In this document: positions 1 to 9,772 of the stretch, in pieces
How positions within the stretch are numbered: position 1 is the first letter of the stretch
Layout: every line of letters starts with the position of its first letter
Source of the DNA: Candidatus Aminicenantales bacterium
GTDB lineage: Bacteria > Acidobacteriota > Aminicenantia > Aminicenantales > UBA4085
Assembly: GCA_049515535.1 (NCBI GenBank)
Contig: JBEKTZ010000007.1
Location: 1-64,000, forward strand
Reading direction: 5' to 3'
Length of the DNA: 64,000 bases
Notes under the pieces: generated by a model
What the model was told of the DNA's origin: nothing
The model's input: only the letters and a program-made list of their open reading frames with translations
The model's database searches: none
Program-made: the position numbers and the translations under genes

Positions 1-1382
1 GCGCGTTTTATCCGTCTCCCTTCGAAGAAGCGGCGATCCTGACCCTCGACGGCGTGGGAGAATGGACGACGGCGGCGATGGGAAAAGCCAAAGGCAACGA
101 TATCGCCCTGACTGATGAGATCCGGTTCCCCCATTCGCTCGGCCTCCTCTATAGCGCCTTCACGGCCTTCCTCGGCTTCCAAGTCAACGAGGGCGAATAC
201 AAGGTCATGGGCATGGCCCCCTACGGAGTGCCCAAATACATGGACAAGATCTATGACCATCTCCTCCGGGTCGCCGACGACGGCTCGTTCGAGATGAACA
301 TGGACCATTTCTCCTATCACTACTCGGATGAGAAGACGTTCAACTCCCGATTCGTCGATCTGTTCGGCCCGCCGCGCGATCCCAAGATGCATTTCTTCAC
401 GTCCCGGACGCGATTCCCCTCCTATTTCGGGGCGAAGCCGGCCGATTTTGGCGAGCAGTGCCGATTGAACGAGCACTACGCGGATATCGCGGCGAGTATC
501 CAGAAGGTCACGGAAGAAATCATTCTGAAGCTGGCCCGGGATTTGCATAAGCGGACCGGCCTGACGAAGCTGTGCATGGCCGGAGGCGTAGCCCTCAATT
601 CCGTGGCCAACGGGCGGATCCTCAACGAAACCCCTTTCGAGGATCTCTTCATCCAGCCGGCGGCCGGCGACAGCGGCGGCGCGTTGGGGGCGGCCCTTCA
701 TGTCCATCACGCGCTCCTCGGCCGGCCGCGGAACTTCCGGCTCGAACACGCCTACTGGGGCAAGGCCTATTCCGGGAGCGAGATCCAGTCGTTCTTGGAC
801 GACCAAAACATCAAATACGAACGGTTTTCGGACGACGACAAGCTCCTGGATCGTCTGACCGACGACCTCGTCGGCGGGAAGGTCGTCGGCTGGTATCAGG
901 GCCGCTTCGAATGGGGGCCGAGGGCCCTCGGCAACCGGAGCATCCTGGCCGACCCGAGAAGTGAAATGATGAAGGACACCGTCAATATCAAGATCAAATT
1001 TCGCGAGCCCTTCCGGCCTTTCGCGCCCGTCATCCTGGAACAGAACACGGACGAATATTTCAAGGGCCGGAACACGGCCCGCCAATATCCCTCCCGCTAT
1101 ATGCTCCTCGTCCTGCCCCTCAAGGAGGAAAGAGCGGACCGGATCGGCGCCGTCAATCATATGGGGACGGGCCGGCTCCAGACGATTCGCGAGGAATGGA
1201 ACCCCCGCTATTACAAAATCGTCGAGAAATTCGGGCAGGCCACGGGCGTCCCCGTCCTTTTGAATACGTCCTTCAACCTGAGAGGGGAACCCATCGTCGC
1301 GACGCCGGCCGACGCCTATTCCACGTTCAGCAAGAGCGGCCTCGACGTGCTTGTCCTTGAAAATTATATGATCCGGAAATGA
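1..1382 (+). CDS. Carbamoyltransferase (NodU/CmcH family), 5'-truncated by the window
   Basis: Frame is open from the window edge (AFYPSPFEEAAILTLDGVGEW). Motifs EYKVMGMAPYG, AGGVALN, PAAGDSGGALG, EWGPRALGNRSILADP, KFREPFRPFAP, NTSFN. Confidence 0.95.
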   Translation, partial: AFYPSPFEEAAILTLDGVGEWTTAAMGKAKGNDIALTDEIRFPHSLGLLYSAFTAFLGFQVNEGEYKVMGMAPYGVPKYMDKIYDHLLRVADDGSFEMNMDHFSYHYSDEKTFNSRFVDLFGPPRDPKMHFFTSRTRFPSYFGAKPADFGEQCRLNEHYADIAASIQKVTEEIILKLARDLHKRTGLTKLCMAGGVALNSVANGRILNETPFEDLFIQPAAGDSGGALGAALHVHHALLGRPRNFRLEHAYWGKAYSGSEIQSFLDDQNIKYERFSDDDKLLDRLTDDLVGGKVVGWYQGRFEWGPRALGNRSILADPRSEMMKDTVNIKIKFREPFRPFAPVILEQNTDEYFKGRNTARQYPSRYMLLVLPLKEERADRIGAVNHMGTGRLQTIREEWNPRYYKIVEKFGQATGVPVLLNTSFNLRGEPIVATPADAYSTFSKSGLDVLVLENYMIRK

Positions 1383-1524
1383 GCGGCCGTTGCCGTCGCT
1401 TTTATAGCCATCAGCCTTCAGGGGTGCAAACGCCGCCGTGGCCAATTTGGCCGGCTTTGAGGACTTCACGCGCTTGAAAAAAAACCGAAGAGAGAGTAGT
1501 TTTTAGACGGGTCCGGAGGAAAAG

Positions 1525-1704
1525 ATGAGCATCGCGAAAAAATTTTCGGCGAGGCTCGACATCTTCCGGGAGCTGCTGTCTTTTTTTTGGAAAAGAAAGC
1601 TCTGGTGGCTGATCCCGATGATCGCGATCCTCCTCCTCTTCGCGCTCATCTTGGTTTTCGCCCAATCCTCGGCCCTTGCCCCGTTCATCTACACGCTCTT
1701 CTGA
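1525..1704 (+). CDS. DUF5989/SxtK-like small membrane protein (59 aa), absent from the ORF track
   Basis: Translates MSIAKKFSARLDIFRELLSFFWKRKLWWLIPMIAILLLFALILVFAQSSALAPFIYTLF. GGAGG RBS upstream. The K.WW..P and APFIYTLF signature is typical of the small partner of carbamoyltransferases. Confidence 0.9.
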   Translation: MSIAKKFSARLDIFRELLSFFWKRKLWWLIPMIAILLLFALILVFAQSSALAPFIYTLF

Positions 1705-1731
1705 GGCCGGGGAAGAGCTCGAGGCTCTTCG

Positions 1732-3654
1732 TCAATTCTCTATGACGATCACCGAAAAGGCGCTCTTCTGTCCGTAGCTGAAGGTCGTTTTGACGGCATA
1801 GGCGTATTTTTGCGTTATCGGATCCGGCGGACTGATGATGTATTGATACGAAAACGTCGTCGTGTCCAAAGTCGCGAGCAGGGCGAACTGGTCGTTGCCG
1901 TCCTCGACCCTCTTTCGGTAGATCTCGTATCCGCTCACGTCGTTATCGACGTTCAAGGGGTTGTTGGTGAAGGTGATGGTATTGACCTTTTCCATCTTCT
2001 CGTAGAAAAGAAGCCGGAACCTGCGGGTGGAGGTCTGGAGCGCCGGATTTTGGGGCGGGAACTCGAACGTCTTGGTGCTGGTCACGTTGCCGCTCGGATC
2101 GCTCTCGTCGGCGTTCTGGGACACGGCCGTCAGCCGGTAGGAATAGTTCTTTTTGACGTCCAGTCCCGTGTCCTCGTACAGAAGCAGGGTCGGTGAAACC
2201 GAGGCGAGAAGCGCGAACGTGGCGTCCTCCGTGCCGGCGAGCTTCCTGTAAATCCTGTAGTTCTGGAGCGGGACGTTGGCGTTCTCGGGGTTCACCAGCC
2301 AGGTGATTTTATTGATCTTCTTGGCGCCCGTGCCGTCAAGCGTCGTCTCGATCGCCGGGCTCAGCGGGGCCTTGGGCTTGGGGATAAACCGCTGCTTGAA
2401 CGAGTACAGGATCTCATAGTTGCCCCCCACATTCTCGACCCAAAACAAGTGGAGATTGCCGTTCGATTCGCACACCAGCCATGGTTCTCCGTCAGCGCTG
2501 GAGGTGTTCGTGAAATTGACCGTATCCCCCCAGTTCAGCGTCGTCCCCGAAGGCGCGGCCGTCTTCAGGTAGATCTCCGTGTTCCCGTTCACATTTTCCA
2601 TCCAGGCGACATAGACTTCCTTGGTGGTGGGATTCACGGCGATCGTCGGACTATCGGAATCGCCGGTTGTCTGCGAAATGTTCACCGTGTCCTGCCACAC
2701 GCCGTTGATCGTCCGGCGGAAAAATATATCCGGGCCATTGCCCTGCATTGCCTGCCAGACGACATAAGCGTCGCCGGCGCCGTCCACGGCGATCCGGGGA
2801 TCGGTGTCGGTCAGGCCCGTGCCGCCCGAAAGATTCACCTCTGTCGTCCAGGATTGGAAATTTTTCGGCGTGGGGTTCTTGGAGTACCAGGCCTGCGTAT
2901 GATTGGTGAATACCAGGTGGGCGGTCCCCGTGGGATCGAAGGCGAAGATCTTGGTCAGGTACAAGTATTTCGAAAACCGGCCAAACGCGACGTTGATATA
3001 ATCGGACCCGACCACCGCTCCGGTGCCGCCGTCCCTGTATTTCATCGCGAAATCGAAGGGCCTGCCGTTATCGACCATGAAGATTCCGAAAATGGTGTTG
3101 TCGAGCGGTGAGACTCCGAGACAAGGGTATTCGCAAGGATTGGTGGGTACCTCCGAGAAGTTCAATGGGCCGGAGTTCCAAGTTCCATTGACACATTCCC
3201 GGAAAAAGACCTGCATGTATCCCACGGAGTAGTCGGCGTCGTGGTAGGCGATGACGACGTTCGACCCCGTGGACGTCACGGCAATGGTCGGGAATCCGGT
3301 ATCGTCGATGGCGTCATAGTACACGGGGTTGAGATTGGTCGCGGCCGGCCATTGGCCGGTCCTGTTGGTGTTGTACATGATGTATCTCGCCCCGCCGGCC
3401 CCGTAACTCCCCGGCCAGCCCACCCATGTCACATAGAGCTTCCCCTGGGCGTCGACGACGGCCACGGGGTTTCGATCCATGTACGTTGTATTGGAAATAT
3501 TGACGGGCACTGTCCAACCCGTGGGGGCATTGATCGTTTGGGAAACTTGGGGAGAGGCGGGCCCGAGCGGGGGTTTCGTTCCGCCGGCTGGCGTCAAGGC
3601 CGCGAGCGACGCGAATATAGCCAACGCGATAATCGCATTTTTCGTCTTTTTCAT
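1732..3654 (-). CDS. Secreted beta-propeller protein with two C-terminal FN3-like domains
   Basis: Signal peptide; about 7 repeats of W..PvNiS....P.iAVd..G..yVvW; two FN3-like modules (W..NP.N...YRIYRK...Y.Y); AAGGAG RBS. Confidence 0.8.
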   Translation of the reverse strand: MKKTKNAIIALAIFASLAALTPAGGTKPPLGPASPQVSQTINAPTGWTVPVNISNTTYMDRNPVAVVDAQGKLYVTWVGWPGSYGAGGARYIMYNTNRTGQWPAATNLNPVYYDAIDDTGFPTIAVTSTGSNVVIAYHDADYSVGYMQVFFRECVNGTWNSGPLNFSEVPTNPCEYPCLGVSPLDNTIFGIFMVDNGRPFDFAMKYRDGGTGAVVGSDYINVAFGRFSKYLYLTKIFAFDPTGTAHLVFTNHTQAWYSKNPTPKNFQSWTTEVNLSGGTGLTDTDPRIAVDGAGDAYVVWQAMQGNGPDIFFRRTINGVWQDTVNISQTTGDSDSPTIAVNPTTKEVYVAWMENVNGNTEIYLKTAAPSGTTLNWGDTVNFTNTSSADGEPWLVCESNGNLHLFWVENVGGNYEILYSFKQRFIPKPKAPLSPAIETTLDGTGAKKINKITWLVNPENANVPLQNYRIYRKLAGTEDATFALLASVSPTLLLYEDTGLDVKKNYSYRLTAVSQNADESDPSGNVTSTKTFEFPPQNPALQTSTRRFRLLFYEKMEKVNTITFTNNPLNVDNDVSGYEIYRKRVEDGNDQFALLATLDTTTFSYQYIISPPDPITQKYAYAVKTTFSYGQKSAFSVIVIEN

Positions 3655-3840
3655 AAAAAACTCCTTTTCATAGAGCCGCTATTTTATCCAATATGTCCTA
3701 TTGGGTCAAGGCCAATCAAAATGGGGTCGCGTCTACACTTTTCACTTTTCGATAAGAGTCGCCTTCGGCCGATTCTCCTACGTCGAGGAAAAGGAAAAAG
3801 GTGAAAAGTGTAGACGCGACCCCAACCATCCGGAAGCCCC

Positions 3841-4944
3841 TCAGCCTCCGAGTTTTTTCAGAAGCGCGTCCCTTTTTTGGGGTTCGACCGCCTTGGAGAA
3901 GACGAAAAAGGATTTTCTGGCCACATGAATCCTGGACATGGCCTCATCGTATTTTCCGTGAAGGGCTTTCTCCACTTCGATTTCCCGGCGCAGACCATGT
4001 CGTTCAAACTGCCCGGCCCACCAGCCGGACGCGGCGCCGATGATGTGTCCGTTCACCGGATATCCATAGGAATCCGTATGGATGAGGGAAAAAAGCCTGT
4101 TCTCCGCTATGTCCCGCTCCCATTCTTCGATATAAACCTCGAAAATCGTCCCGAAAACCTCATCGCGTCCGAAGGCCGGGATGTTGCAGAATAAAAACCC
4201 GCCGTCCTCCAGCAGGCTGTCGAGCTTGGCGATATAAAGCGCGAGCTTGTTGGGGTTCAGATGCTCGAAGATGTCAAGGCCCAGAATGAAATCGAAGCGC
4301 TTGGCGAGATCCAGGTTCAGGATATCGCCGAGATGAATGTTCCCGCGGATTTCGGGGAAGGCCTTGGCTAAAGCCAGACGGCTGATATCGACCCCTTCGC
4401 TCGGGATTCCCATGTCCATGAGGCATTTCATGATCGGCCCGTTGGCGCAGCCGAAGTCCAGGACCGACCGCGGTTCGAAGAGCGAGATGATTTCGGCATG
4501 AAGCCGTTTGTCTTCTGAGATGAGATAGCTCCAAACGCCCGGTTTTTCATAATATCCGTTCTCGACGATCTGTCGCTCCAGCCAGTCGAAATCCTCGCTC
4601 CGCCCGGCCTGGAAAACCCAGACGTCCCGTCCGTGGATGTCCTTGATGAGACGGAAGTGATCCGGCCGTTCTTCTTTCACGGACAGAACGGGTATGTTCT
4701 CGCGGATGACCTTGTTGATGAATTCCTCCGATTGGACGATGCTCAGGACGATCGACATGCGCGGATGGCCTTCTTTCAGATAATTCAGGTAATGATTCTT
4801 TCCCGTTTCATCGACTCCCCGTCCCAAGAGCTGATGATAGACGTCCTCCAGGAACTGGAGATCGGATGACGCCTCCGCATCTGCGGTTTTTTCCCTGGGA
4901 AATGGATCCGCTTTTTTCTTGAAACCGGCTTTAAACATCTCCAC
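3841..4944 (-). CDS. DUF4214-domain class I SAM methyltransferase
   Basis: N-terminal FLEDVYHQLLGRGVDETG...VQSEEF resembles DUF4214; VLDFGCANG and DIFEHL motifs. Start is GTG 4944 or ATG 4938. Confidence 0.8.
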   Translation of the reverse strand: MEMFKAGFKKKADPFPREKTADAEASSDLQFLEDVYHQLLGRGVDETGKNHYLNYLKEGHPRMSIVLSIVQSEEFINKVIRENIPVLSVKEERPDHFRLIKDIHGRDVWVFQAGRSEDFDWLERQIVENGYYEKPGVWSYLISEDKRLHAEIISLFEPRSVLDFGCANGPIMKCLMDMGIPSEGVDISRLALAKAFPEIRGNIHLGDILNLDLAKRFDFILGLDIFEHLNPNKLALYIAKLDSLLEDGGFLFCNIPAFGRDEVFGTIFEVYIEEWERDIAENRLFSLIHTDSYGYPVNGHIIGAASGWWAGQFERHGLRREIEVEKALHGKYDEAMSRIHVARKSFFVFSKAVEPQKRDALLKKLGG

Positions 4945-4958
4945 GCTCCGGATTTTCC

Positions 4959-4987
4959 ATGCTATTTCCTGGAGATTGAAAAGTCAA
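4959..4987 (-). promoter_or_regulatory. Putative sigma70 promoter TTGACT-N17-TAGCAT
   Basis: Consensus-like hexamers with a 17-nt spacer upstream of the 4944 start. Confidence 0.5.
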
Positions 4988-4996
4988 GGAACCGGT

Positions 4997-6391
4997 TCAA
5001 ATCGAGGGAGGGGAAACGCTCTTCTTCGTTCTCATGGCCGCCAAAAATATCCCGACCTTATGAAAAATGGCTTTAGGATTCTTGATCACCTTGAGGATCG
5101 AGCGTGGCTGGAGATATAACGACACCAGGCCTTTTTTGAGTATGGCATCCATGAATTCCGGGGAATATTTTCCCCAGGATTCTGGGAAAAATACGCCTTT
5201 TTCCGCCCGGGGATCAAAGAGATCGGGGTTGCGGGTCTCGGTGTAAGGGACCGTGATGTTGAAAGCCGCGTAAGTGGGATTGATTTTTTTGACGAACCGG
5301 ATGCTCTTCCGCATTTCGTCCGCCGTCTCGTTGGGCAGGCCGAACATCATGAAAACCACGCTCTCGATCCCGAGCTTCCGGACCAGGCGCAAGCCCTCGG
5401 TGATCGTTTTCGGCGGGATATACTTGTTCGTCCGGCGGACGATGGTTTCCTCCCCGGATTCCACTCCGAACTCGATCAGCCGACAGCCGGCTTTTCTCAT
5501 TTTCCTCAGGCTCCCCTCGTCGACAAGATCAAGTCTCGTCTGGCAGGCCCAACGGATTTTATAGCCGCGGTCGATGATGAAATCGCACATGTCGCTGACG
5601 AGTTTCTTGTTCGCAGTGAAAGACAAGTCGGCGAAATAGATATTTTTGACCCCGAATCGTTCGACGGCGAAAGTCAGCTCCTCATTCAGTTTCCGGCTTG
5701 TCTTCGACCTGAACGGGCCGTACATGTCCTTGTAGCAAAACGTGCAGCGGTAGGGACAACCCCTCGAACCCTCGAGGACGGCGAATTTCTTGCCGAGAAA
5801 ATCGAAAAAATATTTATCCATCGGAAGCAATTGAAAAGCCGGCTTAGGCAGGTCGTTGAGGTCCATGAATCTCTTTTTGGGTTTGACGATGACCCTGCCG
5901 TTCTCCCGGTAGGCAACGCCTTCCAGGCTCTCGAGGGTTTTGCCTTCGGCGATTTCCATGACCGTGATCTCCGGCTCCCCGAGGATCACGACATCGGCCT
6001 CCGTTTCATCCAGGATTTTTTCGGGAAGCGTGGTGCCGTGGGGTCCGATCAGAAAAATTGCGCTCTCCCGGCTTTGCCGGCGGACCTCCCGGATGACATC
6101 ATAGACGTTGGAGATCCGGTTGACGGGACACTGCCAACGATCCAACGGGCTGGTCGAAATATAAATATTTTTTGCGCCTCGGACCCGTTCCGCCACCTGG
6201 AGAGGTCCCCACCGTTCCGTATGGGCGTCGATAAGGAGGACCCGTTGCCCCCTTTCTTCCGCGATCGCCGCGCAATAAGCGAGCGATAGAGGGGGCCATT
6301 TTTTCGTATAGAAAACCCCCTTGTCTTTGATGATCGGATAAGCGAAGGCCGGATTGACGAAGGCAGAGTCAATCCGCCCTGGACGATCCAT
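4997..6391 (-). CDS. B12-binding domain radical SAM protein
   Basis: PPLSLAY, GPHGT and GEPE in the B12-binding region; SRGCPYRCTFC (CxxxCxxC); FGVESG. Confidence 0.9.
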   Translation of the reverse strand: MDRPGRIDSAFVNPAFAYPIIKDKGVFYTKKWPPLSLAYCAAIAEERGQRVLLIDAHTERWGPLQVAERVRGAKNIYISTSPLDRWQCPVNRISNVYDVIREVRRQSRESAIFLIGPHGTTLPEKILDETEADVVILGEPEITVMEIAEGKTLESLEGVAYRENGRVIVKPKKRFMDLNDLPKPAFQLLPMDKYFFDFLGKKFAVLEGSRGCPYRCTFCYKDMYGPFRSKTSRKLNEELTFAVERFGVKNIYFADLSFTANKKLVSDMCDFIIDRGYKIRWACQTRLDLVDEGSLRKMRKAGCRLIEFGVESGEETIVRRTNKYIPPKTITEGLRLVRKLGIESVVFMMFGLPNETADEMRKSIRFVKKINPTYAAFNITVPYTETRNPDLFDPRAEKGVFFPESWGKYSPEFMDAILKKGLVSLYLQPRSILKVIKNPKAIFHKVGIFLAAMRTKKSVSPPSI

Positions 6392-6483
6392 CCATCCTCT
6401 TAATCACCCAGCAAATATAACGCCGGCCGCGCGGCGATGTCAAGAAACGCCGGCGGCTTCCCCGCTGCGCCTTTGCGGCGGAC

Positions 6484-7617
6484 TCAGACGGCGTCGTAGT
6501 CGCCGAGCGTGAGATGCCAGGATTTGAGGTCGAAGAAACCGGCGGGAGGCGCGGAGGGCATATTCCACCGGAGCAGGACGGGGAATTCACGCGGCAAAAA
6601 GCTTCGAGGACAGACGAGATAGCCGTTGCGCCGCAGAGCTTTGGCCGGCGGCGCGCGCTTGAGCATGAGGGCCGCGGCCAGGTCGGCGCCTTCCGACCGG
6701 ATGTGCCGATGGAAAGCGGCGACCACGCCTCGGCCCGCGGCGCGCCCTTCGGGCGTTTCGGCGGCCAGCATATCGACGATCATTCCCCAGCGGAGGCCTT
6801 CGATCGTCGTCAGGGTTCCGGCGAGATAAGCGAGCAAATGCCCGCCTTTGCGAGCGGCGAAAATGTCGTAACGGCGCGTCGGCTGGCGGACAAACCGCCA
6901 GTCGAGGAAGGCGCGGTTCCGGATGAGGCAGTTCGGGTAAGCGTTCTTGACGGTTTCCCAGAAGCCGTCGAATTCGGATCCGAATTCCTTGATTTTTTCG
7001 ATGGCGATGTCCTTGTCCGGGCGGGGCCGGAGCACGGACAAACCCAGCCCGAGGAACGGGTTGGCCGCTCCGGCGCCGACGCGCCAGAGCCGTCCCGGCC
7101 GCGATTTCCGCGAGGCAAGGATCCGGCGGAGGTCGAAGGGCAGGATCCAGAGCGGCAATTGGCCGATTTCCTGGAAGTCGAGATGGCGCAAACAGCCCTT
7201 GTGCGAGTTCGAGTTGGCGAACCCGAACATGAAAGGATTGCCGTCTCTCACGCAGAGCTTGAAGATCTCCTCATACAGGAGAATGAAGATCCCTTTCCCT
7301 CTGAACGCGGGATGGGTGATGGCGTTCACGCCCAGGCTGCCCGTCATCTCCTCGGCGCCGATTTTATAGCGCAGGGGAAGGGCGGCCGCATGCCCCGTGA
7401 CCAGACCTCGATCCCGGGTCATGAATTCATAGGCGGGCCCCGCCGGATTCTGGTCGTACAGCCAAGGCAGGTAGCGGGGATCGACGATATCTTCGCCGGG
7501 GAAAATGGTCCGGGCCAGGACCAGCAGGCCTTCCGGATCGGGCCGTCCGGGCAGGATTTCGAGGCGGCTTCGGGCCCGGGCCAGGGCTCTTTCCGAATGG
7601 GCCGGGTTTTTTTTCAT
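6484..7617 (-). CDS. GNAT-family N-acetyltransferase
   Basis: WLYDQNPAG, THPAFRGKGIF acetyl-CoA motif, FGFAN, C-terminal WHLTLGDYD. Start moved to ATG 7617. Confidence 0.8.
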   Translation of the reverse strand: MKKNPAHSERALARARSRLEILPGRPDPEGLLVLARTIFPGEDIVDPRYLPWLYDQNPAGPAYEFMTRDRGLVTGHAAALPLRYKIGAEEMTGSLGVNAITHPAFRGKGIFILLYEEIFKLCVRDGNPFMFGFANSNSHKGCLRHLDFQEIGQLPLWILPFDLRRILASRKSRPGRLWRVGAGAANPFLGLGLSVLRPRPDKDIAIEKIKEFGSEFDGFWETVKNAYPNCLIRNRAFLDWRFVRQPTRRYDIFAARKGGHLLAYLAGTLTTIEGLRWGMIVDMLAAETPEGRAAGRGVVAAFHRHIRSEGADLAAALMLKRAPPAKALRRNGYLVCPRSFLPREFPVLLRWNMPSAPPAGFFDLKSWHLTLGDYDAV

Positions 7618-7651
7618 GTCCGTTCTATTCTGGAAGTTCGGCGATGTCCTG

Positions 7652-8470
7652 TCAAGCCGATTGGCCATGGAAGAAATCGAACAGGCCGACAAATTGGCCG
7701 ATGGACACTTGTTCCGGGCGGATTTTCCGGTCCAAGCCGAGTTCCGCGCAGGCCTTGTCGGCCACGGCCGCAGGCTTCCCGGACGCGATCAAGTTGTTGA
7801 CCAGGGTCTTTCGTCTTTGTTTGAAGCATTCCTGGAGAAACGAGAGGAACTTTTGCTCGTCGGAAACGGGATAGAGCGGAGACGGACTTTTATCGAGCGC
7901 GATCAAGGCGGATTCAACCCGCGGCGGAGGCGAGAAGGACCCGGGATGGACGGTGAAAAGAAGCGACGTCGAGAAATGGATCTGGAGGAGGATCGAAACC
8001 GGCGCGTAACTCTTGGATCCGGGCTGGGCGCAGATCCTTTCGGCCACTTCTTTTTGAACGAGGAAAACGCATTTTTGGAAAAGCTCTCTCTCCTCGATGA
8101 TCTTGTAGAGGAGGGGCGAGGAGATGGAGTAAGGCAGATTGCCGACGAGTTTGACTCTGGCGTAAATGAATCCGCATTCTTCGATGAGTTCCTTGAAATT
8201 CACGTCCAGGACGTCTTTGGCCAAGAGAGTGAGATGCGGCTGTCCTTTTTCCTCGAGTAAAGGGATGTATTTCCGGTCTTTCTCGACGGCCGTGACCTTC
8301 CCCGCTTTCGCGGCCAAAGGAAACGTCAGGGCCCCCAGGCCCGGCCCTATCTCGATGATGAAATCGTCCGGAAGCGGGTCGATCGCGCGGACGATCTTAT
8401 CCAGGACGCCCGCGCTCTTCAGGAAATGCTGGCCCAGGATTCGCCTTTGGGTTCGCCTGAACTTGTTCAT
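7652..8470 (-). CDS. rsmA: 16S rRNA adenine dimethyltransferase
   Basis: LGQHFL, IEIGPGLGALT, VGNLPYSISSP, QKEVAERI, FSPPPRVES, FKQRRKTL. Confidence 0.97.
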   Translation of the reverse strand: MNKFRRTQRRILGQHFLKSAGVLDKIVRAIDPLPDDFIIEIGPGLGALTFPLAAKAGKVTAVEKDRKYIPLLEEKGQPHLTLLAKDVLDVNFKELIEECGFIYARVKLVGNLPYSISSPLLYKIIEERELFQKCVFLVQKEVAERICAQPGSKSYAPVSILLQIHFSTSLLFTVHPGSFSPPPRVESALIALDKSPSPLYPVSDEQKFLSFLQECFKQRRKTLVNNLIASGKPAAVADKACAELGLDRKIRPEQVSIGQFVGLFDFFHGQSA

Positions 8471-8489
8471 TCGGCTCAAATTAGATTAT

Positions 8490-8518
8490 TTGACTTTTCC
8501 GCCATCCGGATTTATATT
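8490..8518 (+). promoter_or_regulatory. Putative sigma70 promoter TTGACT-N17-TATATT
   Basis: Hexamers with a 17-nt spacer upstream of the GT2 operon. Confidence 0.55.
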
Positions 8519-8545
8519 ATACGCTTTCATTCGATAAATCACGAT

Positions 8546-9313
8546 ATGCCAAATAACCTTTTGATCACCCTTCCGGCCAAGGACGAGGAAAAAAAACTCG
8601 GCCCGGTCCTCGACCAGATTCGCCGGTACTTTCCCGGCATCGACATCCTGGTCATCGATGACGGCAGCAAGGACAAAACGGCGGACGTCGCCCTTTCCAA
8701 AGGAGCCTTGCTCGTGAAGCACGACCGGAACTATGGATATGCCCGGGCGCTCCAGTCCGCCCGGGAATACGCCCTGGGACACGGATTCGATTTCCTGGTC
8801 CTCTGCGACGCGGACGGCCAGCACGAGCCGTTGGACATCGGAAGGATCATCGAGGCGCTGGTCGTGAAAGGGAAGGACTGCGTGATCGCCTCGCGCGTGC
8901 TCGGCAGCGCGCCCCACGGAGACCCGTTCATTCAGAAGTACGGACGGCGGCTCTATTCCCTCATCGTCAGCCTGATATTCTTCCCGAAGTTCCGGACGAA
9001 GATCACGGATTCAAGCTCCGGGTTCAAAGGCTGGAGCCGGCGGGCGATGGAAGTCCTGTCGGAGATCTACGCGACGACGAAAAAGCTCCAGGACGGCCGC
9101 ATCAACGACCTGGAGGAGCTCTTCATCATGGCCAAGAAGAAGTTCTCGGTCGTCGAAGTCCCCGGCCGCTTTTATAAACGCGCGGACGATATCTCGCGCA
9201 TCTATGGGAATTACGGCATTTCGGGAAACCGCCTCAGGATGAGGGATCTGATCTATATTCTGTCGTGGCCCGTTCTGTTTTTTCGGACATTGTTCCGGAA
9301 TATTTCGAGCTAA
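8546..9313 (+). CDS. GT2 glycosyltransferase (polyprenol-phosphate/DPM-like)
   Basis: LPAKDEE, IDDGSKD, CDADGQH, IASR, ITDSSSGFK. Start at ATG 8546. Confidence 0.9.
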   Translation: MPNNLLITLPAKDEEKKLGPVLDQIRRYFPGIDILVIDDGSKDKTADVALSKGALLVKHDRNYGYARALQSAREYALGHGFDFLVLCDADGQHEPLDIGRIIEALVVKGKDCVIASRVLGSAPHGDPFIQKYGRRLYSLIVSLIFFPKFRTKITDSSSGFKGWSRRAMEVLSEIYATTKKLQDGRINDLEELFIMAKKKFSVVEVPGRFYKRADDISRIYGNYGISGNRLRMRDLIYILSWPVLFFRTLFRNISS

Positions 9314-9315
9314 GG

Positions 9316-9702
9316 ATGGGGACATTGAAGCTCAATTTTTACAGTTTGGGGTACCTGTTCCTGGCGATCGTCAGCGGCGTCTTTTATGGTTTCGGCGGCG
9401 CCGTTCTCAAAAAGGGCGCCTTGAATTTCAAGGAGTCGACGGGCGTCTTCGACCTCGCCCGGCATTTCATCACCAACAAGTTCATTCTGGTTTCGCTGCT
9501 GTGCAGCGGATTGGGATATATTCTCTGCCTCTATATTCTTCGCAAGACGGACGTCATCACTACGACCCTCGTCATCCAGAGCGTCCTTTTTCTCTCCACC
9601 TCGCTGTTCGCCGCCCTGATGTTCGGAGAGACGTTCGGCCTGACGAAGATCATCGCCGTTCTGCTCATCATGGCCGGGATCGCCGTCTTGCTCGCGGGCT
9701 GA
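9316..9702 (+). CDS. EamA/DMT small membrane protein (possible ArnE/F-like lipid-sugar flippase)
   Basis: 128 aa, four hydrophobic segments, FGE....KIIAVLLIMAGI C-terminus; directly follows a GT2. Confidence 0.7.
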   Translation: MGTLKLNFYSLGYLFLAIVSGVFYGFGGAVLKKGALNFKESTGVFDLARHFITNKFILVSLLCSGLGYILCLYILRKTDVITTTLVIQSVLFLSTSLFAALMFGETFGLTKIIAVLLIMAGIAVLLAG

Positions 9703-9772
9703 CCGGGCGGAGGCCGGGGCGAACGCGGCGATGAACGGAGTCGAACGACCGGCTTGAAGAAAGGACACCAAG

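Noticed and set aside
1..1704. Saxitoxin biosynthesis suggested by sxtI/sxtK-like genes
   Set aside because: No SxtA-like PKS or amidinotransferase is present; the context is surface glycosylation.
7652..8470. rsmA inside a glycosylation region as an island boundary or resistance methylase
   Set aside because: It has ordinary KsgA motifs and no flanking integrase or att repeats were seen.
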